A DNA stretch of 44,804 bases from a virus (taxonomy: Duplodnaviria; Caudoviricetes), in IMG/VR virus record IMGVR_UViG_3300016474_000107, positions 1 to 44,804 of that record. One strand, 5' to 3'. The position numbers were made by a program, and so were the translations under genes. Under the pieces are notes generated by a model. That model saw nothing but the letters and a program-made list of their open reading frames with translations, was not told where the DNA came from and searched no databases. Below, one piece after another: positions 8,988 through 18,070 of the stretch (its first letter is position 1; every line of letters starts with the position of its first letter).

Positions 8988-8995
8988 TATTTATT
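8988..8995 (-). promoter_or_regulatory. Late promoter AATAAATA, 5 nt before the gp3 ATG
   Basis: Matches the T4-type (T)ATAAATA late -10 element; lies directly after the gp23 terminator. Confidence 0.75.
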
Positions 8996-9002
8996 CCTTA
9001 TG

Positions 9003-9031
9003 AAAAAAGGGAGAACCGAAGTCCTCCCTTT
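9003..9031 (-). terminator. Rho-independent terminator after gp23
   Basis: RNA AAAGGGAGGAC-UUCG-GUUCUCCC-UUUUUU, a C(UUCG)G tetraloop hairpin plus U-tract; a second hairpin lies at 9044-9069. Confidence 0.92.
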
Positions 9032-9073
9032 AAGTACCGCTTCTAAGTCGGCTTCTTCAAACCGACTTACCGA

Positions 9074-10366
9074 TTACATTAGGTTAGTAATCGCTACACG
9101 ACGGTAGTAGTAGTTCTTATCGGCAGTCAGGTCGCCAGTAGAACCAGATGCATCGTCAAGATCGACGAATGGGTTAGCAACTAGACCGTAACGAGTCTTG
9201 AAGCCAATCTTTGGTTGGAAGCTGTTAGGATCAACAGCACGAACCATTTGCAGAGGAACGTATGGGCAGTAGAACAGACCAGCGTCGAATGCAGAAGTAC
9301 CCTTGTAGCCAACAGTCATGAACTGAGTGCCAGACTGGTTAGCAGAGTATGGGTCAACATACACTTTGTACTTGCCGTTTAGAACACCAGCGAAAGTAGT
9401 AGATGCTTCATCAACATTCAGGTTAGTAGACAGAGCAGGAGCGTAGTCTAGAACACCAGCCATAGCAAGAGCAGAAGCTACATCGCTAGAGCAGATGATG
9501 AAGTTACCACGACCACGACGAGTTTGCTGGGCGATAGCGTTAGCTTCACGCTCGACTTGGAACAGCAGACCCTTGAACTTTTCAACAGACCAACGACCGT
9601 TAGCATCAACGTCTAGGTCGAAAGTACCAGCAGTAGCAGTACCAACTTGAGCACCAACCTTAGCAGTCTTGTAGATAGTACGGATAACTTCACGGTTGAT
9701 TTCTGCTAGAATTTCAGCAGAAAGAATGTTGCTCAGTTCGCCTTCAGCGTCAAGACCATGAACAGCCTTCATGTCTTGTGCTAGTTCGATAGAGTACTCA
9801 GCCTTCAGAGCACGAGTCTTAGCAGTAACAGCAGTCTTTTCGATGCTGAATGCCATTTGACCGAAAGAACCGTCACCAGAACCGCCTTGACCTAGACGCT
9901 CAGCAGCGTCAGTAGCTAGACCAGTACCAGTAGTATAAGTACCAGAAACTGGGTTAGAACCAGCGTGAGTGCCAGTGCCAGAGAAGTCAGTGTCAGCTTC
10001 GTTGAACAGAGCCTCAGTACCGTTCATAGAACCGTAGCGAGACTTCATTGCGAAGATCAGACCAGTAGGTTGAGTCATTGGCTGGACACCAGCAACGTCA
10101 TAAGCGATCAGTTGTGGCATTGCACGGCGAACTAGGCTGATCAGAACTGGATCAAACTTAGCCATACCGCCAGCGTCTGGGTAAGAACCAACTGCGTTAG
10201 TTGGAGCAGCTTCGAACAGAGCCTCAGCTTGCTTGCGCATTTCGCGCTCTTGGTTTTCTAGAAGAACAGCAGTAACTTCCTTACGATACTGATCCTTGAT
10301 TGGGGCAGAACCTTCGTGGTTCAGAACTGGTGCCCACTTTTCTACGAGTTGTTGACGAGTAGTCAT
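9074..10366 (-). CDS. gp23: Major capsid protein
   Basis: LISLVRRAMP, GVQPMT.PTGLIFAM, TRALKAEYS.ELAQD.KAVHGLDAE, FQPKIGFKTRYG motifs. Confidence 0.99.
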   Translation of the reverse strand: MTTRQQLVEKWAPVLNHEGSAPIKDQYRKEVTAVLLENQEREMRKQAEALFEAAPTNAVGSYPDAGGMAKFDPVLISLVRRAMPQLIAYDVAGVQPMTQPTGLIFAMKSRYGSMNGTEALFNEADTDFSGTGTHAGSNPVSGTYTTGTGLATDAAERLGQGGSGDGSFGQMAFSIEKTAVTAKTRALKAEYSIELAQDMKAVHGLDAEGELSNILSAEILAEINREVIRTIYKTAKVGAQVGTATAGTFDLDVDANGRWSVEKFKGLLFQVEREANAIAQQTRRGRGNFIICSSDVASALAMAGVLDYAPALSTNLNVDEASTTFAGVLNGKYKVYVDPYSANQSGTQFMTVGYKGTSAFDAGLFYCPYVPLQMVRAVDPNSFQPKIGFKTRYGLVANPFVDLDDASGSTGDLTADKNYYYRRVAITNLM

Positions 10367-10398
10367 TTTTATTTCCTTTTTAATGGATGGGGATAAAA

Positions 10399-11418
10399 TT
10401 ATTTACGGTTCAGCATGCTTAGGTAAGCAGCCATCTGAGGATCGATTTTCTTCTCTTCAGTTAGCGTCTCAACTGGAGCATCTGTAACAACAGATTCAAC
10501 ATCTGCTTGTGCCTTAGTAGTGAAGTAGTTTTCACGGATAGTTTGAACCTTAGTCTTAAAAGATTCTGCGTCTTCGAAAGATAGTTCTTCAGCAAGACCA
10601 GTAAACTTCTCAACTTCAGTGTCAGTTAGACCAACGCTGGCTTCTTTGACGATTTCAATACGCTTCATCTCAGATAGAGTCTTTTTCATCTCTACATTAG
10701 ATGCAACTGCTTCGTCTAGTTTAGCAGAAAGTTGTTCGATTTGTTCTTCCATAGAACCTAGTACATCGAACTTCTCTTCAGGAATATCGATATAGTGTTC
10801 TTCAAACAAACCTTTTAGACCAGATACGAAACCTTCTAGAATTTCAGACTTCATACCATGCTCAAGGGCAATTTCATTCTGTGCAATCCACTGCTCGACA
10901 ACGTAGTCGAGGTATCCATCAACCTGTTCAACAAGACCCTCTTTAATCTGTTCAACTTGCTCAGCAAGTTTTACTTCATAACCTTCTTCGATACGTGCAA
11001 GTTCAGACTTGACACGAGTCATAACAGCAGCTTCGAAGATAGTCTCTGCTTTTTGGCGGAACTCTTCAGATAGTTCTTCGCCAGCCATTAGAGCATCAAC
11101 GTCTTCCTTAACGCTGCTGATATTGCGTGCATTGTTTGGCTCATCGCCAGCTACGCTAGTAACACCATCAGACTTTAGACCAGCAATGTTAGAACCTTCT
11201 GGAGCAGCAGCGCCAGAGGTAGCAGCATTAGCAGTCTTGTCCTTACCGCCGACCTTCTGGTCGCCGACATTATTCTTCTTGTTGTCTGTATTGTCTTCAG
11301 CAGACTCTGGCTTTAGAGCCTCTTCTGCTACGACTTCCTCAGTAACTTCCTCTTCTTGAAGAGCAGCAGTTGCTTTAGACTCAGCAAGAATTTGGGCAAT
11401 TTTTTGTTCGATAGACAT
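10399..11418 (-). CDS. gp22: Prohead core scaffolding protein
   Basis: Acidic coiled coil with LSEEF..KA.TIFEAAV, VDGYLDYVVE.W, LF.EHYIDIPEEK, I.ENYF motifs. Confidence 0.95.
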   Translation of the reverse strand: MSIEQKIAQILAESKATAALQEEEVTEEVVAEEALKPESAEDNTDNKKNNVGDQKVGGKDKTANAATSGAAAPEGSNIAGLKSDGVTSVAGDEPNNARNISSVKEDVDALMAGEELSEEFRQKAETIFEAAVMTRVKSELARIEEGYEVKLAEQVEQIKEGLVEQVDGYLDYVVEQWIAQNEIALEHGMKSEILEGFVSGLKGLFEEHYIDIPEEKFDVLGSMEEQIEQLSAKLDEAVASNVEMKKTLSEMKRIEIVKEASVGLTDTEVEKFTGLAEELSFEDAESFKTKVQTIRENYFTTKAQADVESVVTDAPVETLTEEKKIDPQMAAYLSMLNRK

Positions 11419-11449
11419 CTGTTTCTCCTAACTGGATAAGTTCTATAGT

Positions 11450-11464
11450 TATTTATTATTTATT
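11450..11464 (-). promoter_or_regulatory. Tandem late promoter motifs AATAAATA upstream of gp22
   Basis: Two overlapping copies at 11450-11457 and 11457-11464, at the gp21 stop. Confidence 0.7.
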
Positions 11465-12113
11465 TGATTTTACTCAAAAACTTTTGGAAAGCGAGGATCT
11501 TCGCTTCTTCTAGATTGCGTGAAGAAGTAGAGCGAATCATGCGCTTAACTTCATCAATGTTTTGTTCCACGAACTTTCCATCAACAAAGACCCACTCTTT
11601 GCTTTCCATGATACCACGGACAAAAGCGTCAGGAGCGGAAGGATCGGCAACGATGTCAGCAGCAGTCGATAGCATGAAGTCATCTTGCACCACCTGAACA
11701 CCCTCGTTATTAGTTTTGAGAGATCCAAGTGCTCGACTAGAAACACCAAGGTTTGCGCCACCGTCTAAAAGACCACGAGCGATGTTACCCATAGGAGTGT
11801 CTAGGATTTTTGCCTTACCGATGTAATTGGTACCTTCTTTACGCAGTCCAACGATCATGTGAGATACACGATCAAGATTGATAGTTGGAGTGTCTGGGTG
11901 ACCAAGTTCACCGTAGGCTTTATTCTTTTCTACATACTCTTTGATGTAACGCCCAACTTCTTTATCCATGACTTTCTCTGGATACATACGACCGTTACGG
12001 TTCTGTAGTTCTGATTGAAGGAAAACACCTTCAATGAAATATGTTTTACCCTTGCCTAGCTTTTCTTCTACGACAAGATTAGTAGTTTCGAAAACTTCTT
12101 TAATCAGTCTCAT
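11460..12113 (-). CDS. gp21: Prohead protease
   Basis: IEGVFLQ, NRNGRMY, GELGHP, LGVSSRALGSL, DIVADPSAPDAFV motifs. Confidence 0.97.
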   Translation of the reverse strand: MRLIKEVFETTNLVVEEKLGKGKTYFIEGVFLQSELQNRNGRMYPEKVMDKEVGRYIKEYVEKNKAYGELGHPDTPTINLDRVSHMIVGLRKEGTNYIGKAKILDTPMGNIARGLLDGGANLGVSSRALGSLKTNNEGVQVVQDDFMLSTAADIVADPSAPDAFVRGIMESKEWVFVDGKFVEQNIDEVKRMIRSTSSRNLEEAKILAFQKFLSKIK

Positions 12114-12115
12114 GT

Positions 12116-12577
12116 TTATACCTTATCTGGAGAGCCACTTGTTGTAGTGCTTGCGCCAACACGAGATTCGTCGTCGTATGCACCATATGTTGCGTACTCA
12201 ACCTTAGTCTTGTAACCGCTGACTTTTCTAACACGAATCCAACACTCAGTTTGAGCGCCAGAAATAGTGACAACAATGTCTTTAGTGTTTTCAATAGTTT
12301 CTGGAATCATAGCTTGTCCACCAAATTCCAGAGCACCTGCAGCGTTGGCTTGCAGAGTAGTAATGATAGCAGAGTTTCGAGTGATCTGCGCAACACCGTT
12401 AGTGTCGCCAGTCCAAACTACGCCAATGATGTTAACAACCTGTGTGTCGCCATCTAACTCTTGGGTTGCGGCGACCAAGTCAGTCTGAAGGTCGATTGTA
12501 GCAGACCCAGCAGTGCCAGCAACCTTAATGACTGCTTCTTGATTTACGTTCTTTAGTACGGTCTTAACGACAGCCAT
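12116..12577 (-). CDS. Hypothetical beta-rich protein in the head module (153 aa)
   Basis: SD AAGGA; tightly packed between the 181-aa gene and gp21; no recognisable family. Confidence 0.75.
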   Translation of the reverse strand: MAVVKTVLKNVNQEAVIKVAGTAGSATIDLQTDLVAATQELDGDTQVVNIIGVVWTGDTNGVAQITRNSAIITTLQANAAGALEFGGQAMIPETIENTKDIVVTISGAQTECWIRVRKVSGYKTKVEYATYGAYDDESRVGASTTTSGSPDKV

Positions 12578-12579
12578 CT

Positions 12580-13125
12580 TTATTCCTTAATCTGTTCGAT
12601 TACACGCATGAAGTTTTGTTTTGACTCACGCATATACTCAACAATTTCTGTTTGATTATGCAATAGATTATTTAGCGTCTCTTGTGTTGCAATGTCAATA
12701 GCAACAACGCTGTTGTCGTTTAGCTCGTAGTGAATCTTATTCTCAACTACAACGTCCAACTTGTTAAGTTTGCGGACATCAAACACAACAGGGTCAATAG
12801 TAAAGATTTTAGATGAGGCGAGAGCGATATATGATTCGATTAGTGTATCTGTAACTTTTATGTCGTGATGCTCTTTAATGATTTGTGCGATTCGATTTTC
12901 GGATATCTCTTCGTAAATTTCATTCGAGATTTGTACTTCTAGTTTCTCAGAAAAGTTTTTGCTTTTAATATATTTTCTCGCCTCATCTAAACTCTTGTGT
13001 TCAGTCAACTCGCCGTCAATTGAAACAGAACCATCTTGTTTCAACTCGATGAGGTGCCCAAAAGATCTGACGGTTTCAACAACGTCAGATGCTCTCAGCG
13101 ATTTGGTGAATTGACCGTAGTACAT
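12580..13125 (-). CDS. Hypothetical prohead-module protein (gp68 position, 181 aa)
   Basis: 1-nt overlap with the upstream gene; sits between the gp67-like gene and gp21. Confidence 0.7.
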   Translation of the reverse strand: MYYGQFTKSLRASDVVETVRSFGHLIELKQDGSVSIDGELTEHKSLDEARKYIKSKNFSEKLEVQISNEIYEEISENRIAQIIKEHHDIKVTDTLIESYIALASSKIFTIDPVVFDVRKLNKLDVVVENKIHYELNDNSVVAIDIATQETLNNLLHNQTEIVEYMRESKQNFMRVIEQIKE

Positions 13126-13310
13126 TATTCTGCTGATGTTTCAGGTGCTGTTTCTGCAGCTGGTGCCTTAAACATATTCTGCGCAACTTCTTGGCGCATT
13201 GCGTCTAGTTTGACGGTAATCTTCTCAGCCATTGCTGTGTTGAACGCTGATTCAATACCTACAGAGTCACCTGTAGAAATAGCGTCGATCAAATCTCTAG
13301 TGCTTGACAT
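13125..13310 (-). CDS. Small prohead core protein, gp67-like
   Basis: 61 aa directly after portal; DLIDAI..GD......F...M..K pattern with acidic tail; SD AGGAG. Confidence 0.7.
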   Translation of the reverse strand: MSSTRDLIDAISTGDSVGIESAFNTAMAEKITVKLDAMRQEVAQNMFKAPAAETAPETSAE

Positions 13311-13322
13311 AATATACTCCTG

Positions 13323-14891
13323 TTATCTTTTCTGTGTGTTAGGTTGTTCTGGTTCAGGTTCTGGTGGCGTGAATTGATCAACGTAGTTCTGTTGAGAAAC
13401 TTGTTGAATTCCAGCCGCAGTACCTTCAAACTCGGCACGACCCAATTGGTTGTGAAGATCTGCTTCGATCTCTTTATCCATCTCTTTAATGTCTTCTTCA
13501 GATAGCTGAAGCACATTTTTCTTGACCCAGCTGGTAGAGTAGTACTTACCAATATATGGATCCATTTGTTGCAGCATTTGAATGCGCTGCATCAGAATTT
13601 CGTTGTTCTTTAGTTCAGTGAAGTGATTGTCTTGATCATAGACAAATTCCATGTCTTGACGTAGATCATCCCACTCTTCAGCACGAATAATGTTCTTAGC
13701 AATTAGCTGAACACGTAGTGCTTCAAAGAACAGATTGTTGAAACGCTTACGTAGTCTAGCAATGAACTTGCTGAACTTGATTTCGTCTCGTGTAATTTCT
13801 GTAGAACGACCAAGCGAGAAACCTTGTTGCTGTTGCAAACGAGACAGAGGCACGTTCAGTGCTTGATATAGTTTCTGTTGGAAGTATTGAATGTCTTGAA
13901 TGTCGCCAAGATTCTGACCGCCTGGAAGGGTAGTGATTTCTGTACCCTTACCACCTTCACGGCGAGGCATCCAGAAGTCTTCCATCATCGATAGGTGCTT
14001 GCGGTCATCACGAACTTCGCCAGTAGTTGCGTCATACACAACCTTGTTGCGGAACTTGTTCATGATGTCATTGACGTACTGCTCTGCCTTCAGCTTTGGA
14101 AGGTTACCAACGTCAATGTAGAACACTCGACGTTCTGGAGCACGACTGATACGATAGATGACTACAGCATCTTCGATCATCTTTAGTTGGTTTACTGGCT
14201 TAATTGCTTTGTGCAGATGACTCATCATCATGCCAGTATTTGCATCAAGCAAACCAGAGGGAGCAAAGATGACTGAATCAAGAGTCAGCTTAACACCTTG
14301 AGTGGTTTGCTCAGTAATTCCTTTGTCATTGTAGAGATAATACTCTTCAACAACCTTAGTGATATCAACACCCTTATCCGTCTTCGTCTTTTCGACGTTC
14401 TTAATACGACGAATCTTGCGTGGGTCTACGTAACGTAGTTCGGCGATACCTGCCTTTGGGTTCTTCTCGTCTAATAGGATGTGGTAGTAAAGACGACCGT
14501 CAATGTACCACGAACGGAAGATATCATGACCCTTATCGCTAAATTTCAAAAGACGCAGGACGTTCTGAAACTCATCCTGCATTTTTTTCTTAATAGCTTC
14601 TGATACTTTTAGTTTGTCAAGATTTAGTTCGATTGCTCCATCTTCAGAGATGATGGATTCATTAACAATATCTTCAATAGCTGCGTCAGTATCGGCGTAT
14701 TGAGCAATCTCACGATAACGACGAATAAGGTCGTTCTCGTTCTTTACGATACCCTCAATGTCCATTACCATGCCATAATAGGCACTGGCACTGGCGACTA
14801 CAGTGGAGCCGTCATCAGAAGAAGGCGAGACAACGCTCGCCATTTCTTGCTGAATAGGTTTCTTACGAATTTCAAAACCAAACAATTGCAT
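13323..14891 (-). CDS. gp20: Portal vertex protein
   Basis: LFGF N-terminus, WYIDGR, IYRISRAPERRVFYIDVGNLP, EDFWMPRREGGKGTEITTLPGG. Confidence 0.99.
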   Translation of the reverse strand: MQLFGFEIRKKPIQQEMASVVSPSSDDGSTVVASASAYYGMVMDIEGIVKNENDLIRRYREIAQYADTDAAIEDIVNESIISEDGAIELNLDKLKVSEAIKKKMQDEFQNVLRLLKFSDKGHDIFRSWYIDGRLYYHILLDEKNPKAGIAELRYVDPRKIRRIKNVEKTKTDKGVDITKVVEEYYLYNDKGITEQTTQGVKLTLDSVIFAPSGLLDANTGMMMSHLHKAIKPVNQLKMIEDAVVIYRISRAPERRVFYIDVGNLPKLKAEQYVNDIMNKFRNKVVYDATTGEVRDDRKHLSMMEDFWMPRREGGKGTEITTLPGGQNLGDIQDIQYFQQKLYQALNVPLSRLQQQQGFSLGRSTEITRDEIKFSKFIARLRKRFNNLFFEALRVQLIAKNIIRAEEWDDLRQDMEFVYDQDNHFTELKNNEILMQRIQMLQQMDPYIGKYYSTSWVKKNVLQLSEEDIKEMDKEIEADLHNQLGRAEFEGTAAGIQQVSQQNYVDQFTPPEPEPEQPNTQKR

Positions 14892-14914
14892 AATTTAACT
14901 ATTACCCGACTTGA

Positions 14915-15508
14915 TTATAGAGGGATTGGGAAAGTACCGATTGGAGTATCCACAGAAACATTAACGCCAGCCAGAGCACCAGAAGTAGTGTTGCTAGTGA
15001 AATAGTTGTAAGTGAATTCAACATCGAACTGTTCAATCTGGTTCTGCTGATCGAAGTCTAGTTGGATTGGACCAATGTTCACAGGCATTGCATCAACGAA
15101 CTTGTAGCTCTTGATGATAGCGCCAGAACGGTCAAGTTGGAACACAGAAAGGTCAACTTGATAGTCACGTGGATTAGTTTTACCCAGAGTGGTGTTGTAG
15201 TTCTGAATACCGTTTTGCCACACTTCTAGAGCATTACGGATATTGAAGCTAGTGTCGTTATAGATGCTTACAGTCCATGGTTGGAAAGTACGCTCACCAG
15301 CAAACTGAACTGGACGACCACGATACAGAGTAGTGATTGGTTCAATAGTAGATGCAGGTAGCTGTGCAGAACGGCACAGGAACTGAGCCTGTTGACCAGC
15401 AACAACACCAAGACCTACGTATGAAGGGAATGTTAGTTGCACATAGAATTGGTTAGGGCGTGCACCACCACCAATCATCTGCGCCTTGAAGTCAGCAATA
15501 TTTGCCAT
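14915..15508 (-). CDS. gp19: Tail tube protein
   Basis: GGGARPNQF, FLC.SA.LPAS, AGERTF.PW, IEQFDVEFTY motifs; follows the sheath gene. Confidence 0.96.
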   Translation of the reverse strand: MANIADFKAQMIGGGARPNQFYVQLTFPSYVGLGVVAGQQAQFLCRSAQLPASTIEPITTLYRGRPVQFAGERTFQPWTVSIYNDTSFNIRNALEVWQNGIQNYNTTLGKTNPRDYQVDLSVFQLDRSGAIIKSYKFVDAMPVNIGPIQLDFDQQNQIEQFDVEFTYNYFTSNTTSGALAGVNVSVDTPIGTFPIPL

Positions 15509-15531
15509 TTAATTCTCCTTGTTCTTATCTT

Positions 15532-15539
15532 TATTTATT
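15532..15539 (-). promoter_or_regulatory. Late promoter AATAAATA for gp19
   Basis: Intergenic, upstream of SD AAGGAG and the ATG at 15508. Confidence 0.75.
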
Positions 15540-15549
15540 CGTTGTAGAC

Positions 15550-15569
15550 GGGGAGGCTTTCACCTCCCC
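15550..15569 (-). terminator. GC-rich hairpin after gp18 (terminator-like or stabilising)
   Basis: RNA GGGGAGG-UGAAAG-CCUCCCC; no U-tract follows. Confidence 0.5.
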
Positions 15570-15576
15570 TATCCAA

Positions 15577-17988
15577 TTAACCGCCGATTTCGTTGAAGTT
15601 CACAGAAGAGCGAGCAGCAACGAAGTTCAGAGTAATAAAGTTGATAGAACGATTTGGCTTGATGAAGATGTCAGCAACAAACTCGTTACGATCAATTACT
15701 TCGCCAGTGTTGTTAGAATCATCACACTTAACTAGGAACTCAGTAACACCACGGCGACCTTGAACGTCACGCAGGAATGGTTCAACTAGGTTCTTGAACT
15801 GAGCACGAGTGAAGCTGTCGTTGAATTCGAACAGCTGGTACTTAGCAGCAGTAGCGATAGCTTTCTCAAGAACGATGAACAGACGACGGACGTTGATACG
15901 ATCGAACGCAGAAGGCTTAGCCAGAAGAGTCTTGTCTCCGAACAGAACAGTACCCTGTCCTGGGAAAGTAACAACTGGGTTGACGCCATTCTTGTATAGT
16001 TCGTCGCGATCAGTCTTATTAGGATTGATTGCTAGTTTAACCACGTTCTTAACTTGACCACGGTTTAGACCGCCTGGAGAGAACCATGGGTCATTAGTGT
16101 AGTCAGTACGAGCGCATAGACCAGCAACGTCACCGTTTAGAGGAATCCAACGGTACTTGTCGTTGTAACGGTCATACTGGTACTTGAAGCCAGAGTCCAT
16201 CACTGCGTAAGAAGTAGATGGTAGTGCGTTACGGTATGCAACAACTTCATCAGTTGCATCAGAACCGTTGCCGATGATGATATCACCAGAAGTTACGTTC
16301 TGTGGAGAAACGAAGACAACGCAGTCTAGACGCTCTTCAGCAACGTTGTTGATAACGTAAGTAGCAACAGCAGCAGAAACTTTACCTAGTGGTAGTAGGC
16401 TGATGTCGTATTGACCGTCATCACGGAAGATATCCCATGCTGTTTGCAGTTGACCATCAGTCAAAGCTAGGTCATCAGAAGCGCCAGTTAGAGAACGAGT
16501 GATTGCAGTTGCAGTAGTCTTGAAAGTCTTACCTGCAGCAGCTTGACCCCATGCATCACCAGCACCAGAAAGAACTGGATGGTCCATCCACCATACGTAG
16601 CGAGACTGGCTGTTGATAACATCTTTGTAGTAGTTATTAGAGCCGTCAGACTTCTTAGCGTCAGACGCTTTAGAAACGTATGCGAATTTTTCTAGAATAG
16701 CACCACGAGTACCAGTCCATGCACCATCTTCGTCGATAATGATAACGTGTAGTTCATCAGAAGCGCCACCAACAGAAGTTGCGTAAGCAGAAGTTCCTGG
16801 AACAGAATCAAACTCAGCCTTGTATGCCCAAGTGCCAAAAGAAGCAGAGTCTGCAACAGAAATCTTTAGAGAGTTACCTAGAGTACCTGGATACTTAGCA
16901 GCAAACTCACCAACAAGACCAGCACCGTTGATATAGTTGTCTAGGTAGTGTTGTAGGTTGTTAATCTTGATACCAGTACCGCTAGTGATAGTAGCAGTAG
17001 CAGTAGCACCAGTACCACCGCCACCAGAGATAGTTACATCTGGAGCAGCAGAATAACCAGAACCTGCAGCAACGATAGTGATACCAGTTACAGTAGAAGT
17101 ACCGATAGTAACAGAACCAACTGTTGCACCAGTACCACCGCCACCAGTAAGAGTCACAGTTGGGCTAGTTAGGTAGCCAGAACCTGCGCTAGTAATAGTG
17201 ATACCAGTTACAGTAGAAGTACCGATAGTTGCTGTAGCAGTAGCACCAGTACCATCACCTGTAATGGAAATAGTTGGAGCGCTAGTGTAACCAGAACCTG
17301 GATTTGTGATAGTGATTGCAGTAACAACACCACCAGAGATAGTAGCAGTAGCAGTAGCAGTAGTACCACCAGCAACTTGTGGCTCAGTGAAACCTACTGA
17401 TGCAGTAGTATAGCCAGAGCCGCCAGCAGATACAGTAATTGCAGTTACGCCAGCACCAGAAAGGCGAGCAGTAGCAGTAGCACCAGAACCAGAACCGCCA
17501 GTAATAGCAACAGTTGGAGCACTAGTGTAACCAGTACCTGCAGCAGATAGAGTAATAGCAGTTACGCCAGCACCAGAAAGAGTGGCAGTAGCAGTAGCCT
17601 GAACACCACCATCGACGTTAGGCGCAGAAACTGTGACAGTTGGAGCAGTAGTATAGCCAGAACCTGCAGAAGTCAAGCTGATAGAAGATACGCTGCCAGT
17701 TGTCAAAGCAACAGCGTTCTTAGCGCCAGTAGCATCGCCACGGACAACTAGAAGGTTATTGGTATAAGAAAGGAAGTTAGCAGCAGTGAAGAAGCTATCA
17801 GCATTAGAATCAGCTGGCTTACCGAAACGTGCTACTAGATCGTTTTCAGAAGAAACTCGTACTGGATCCAGAACTGGACCCCATTGGAATGCTCCAGCAA
17901 ACGCACCAGTAGAAGTCGCTACTGCAGGGACGATAGATGTGAAGTCTTTTTCTACGACTGCTACACCTGGACTAAGTTGAAAAGGCAT
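15577..17988 (-). CDS. gp18: Tail sheath protein with a six-repeat insertion
   Basis: MPFQLSPGV..E.D, FQWGP, PWFSPGG.NRG, FDRINVRRLF, IKPNRSINFITLNF motifs. Confidence 0.99.
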   Translation of the reverse strand: MPFQLSPGVAVVEKDFTSIVPAVATSTGAFAGAFQWGPVLDPVRVSSENDLVARFGKPADSNADSFFTAANFLSYTNNLLVVRGDATGAKNAVALTTGSVSSISLTSAGSGYTTAPTVTVSAPNVDGGVQATATATLSGAGVTAITLSAAGTGYTSAPTVAITGGSGSGATATARLSGAGVTAITVSAGGSGYTTASVGFTEPQVAGGTTATATATISGGVVTAITITNPGSGYTSAPTISITGDGTGATATATIGTSTVTGITITSAGSGYLTSPTVTLTGGGGTGATVGSVTIGTSTVTGITIVAAGSGYSAAPDVTISGGGGTGATATATITSGTGIKINNLQHYLDNYINGAGLVGEFAAKYPGTLGNSLKISVADSASFGTWAYKAEFDSVPGTSAYATSVGGASDELHVIIIDEDGAWTGTRGAILEKFAYVSKASDAKKSDGSNNYYKDVINSQSRYVWWMDHPVLSGAGDAWGQAAAGKTFKTTATAITRSLTGASDDLALTDGQLQTAWDIFRDDGQYDISLLPLGKVSAAVATYVINNVAEERLDCVVFVSPQNVTSGDIIIGNGSDATDEVVAYRNALPSTSYAVMDSGFKYQYDRYNDKYRWIPLNGDVAGLCARTDYTNDPWFSPGGLNRGQVKNVVKLAINPNKTDRDELYKNGVNPVVTFPGQGTVLFGDKTLLAKPSAFDRINVRRLFIVLEKAIATAAKYQLFEFNDSFTRAQFKNLVEPFLRDVQGRRGVTEFLVKCDDSNNTGEVIDRNEFVADIFIKPNRSINFITLNFVAARSSVNFNEIGG
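16980..17695 (-). repeat. Six ~40-aa repeats (V..I.....G.GY..AP.V...GG.G.GATATA.I) inside gp18
   Basis: Six G(S/T)GY units; DNA-level direct repeats at about 17075-17109 vs 17195-17229 (120-bp period) and 17441-17463 vs 17558-17580. Confidence 0.9.
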
Positions 17989-18050
17989 TGTAATTCTCCT
18001 TGATTACATTGTTTATTTTAGTTTTGCTACTAGGAGCACAACCTACATTT

Positions 18051-18058
18051 TATTTATG
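18051..18058 (-). promoter_or_regulatory. Late promoter CATAAATA for gp18
   Basis: Intergenic between gp17 and gp18. Confidence 0.75.
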
Positions 18059-18070
18059 AAAAGCCCGATT

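Noticed and set aside
16980-17695. DNA direct repeats resembling a CRISPR array or a DGR template/variable pair
   Set aside because: In-frame coding repeats of gp18; no unique spacers, cas genes, reverse transcriptase or adenine-specific mismatch pattern.
17989-18008. TGTAAT/ATTACA inverted repeat around the gp18 SD
   Set aside because: Only 6 AU-rich pairs with the SD in the loop; too weak to support a regulatory claim.
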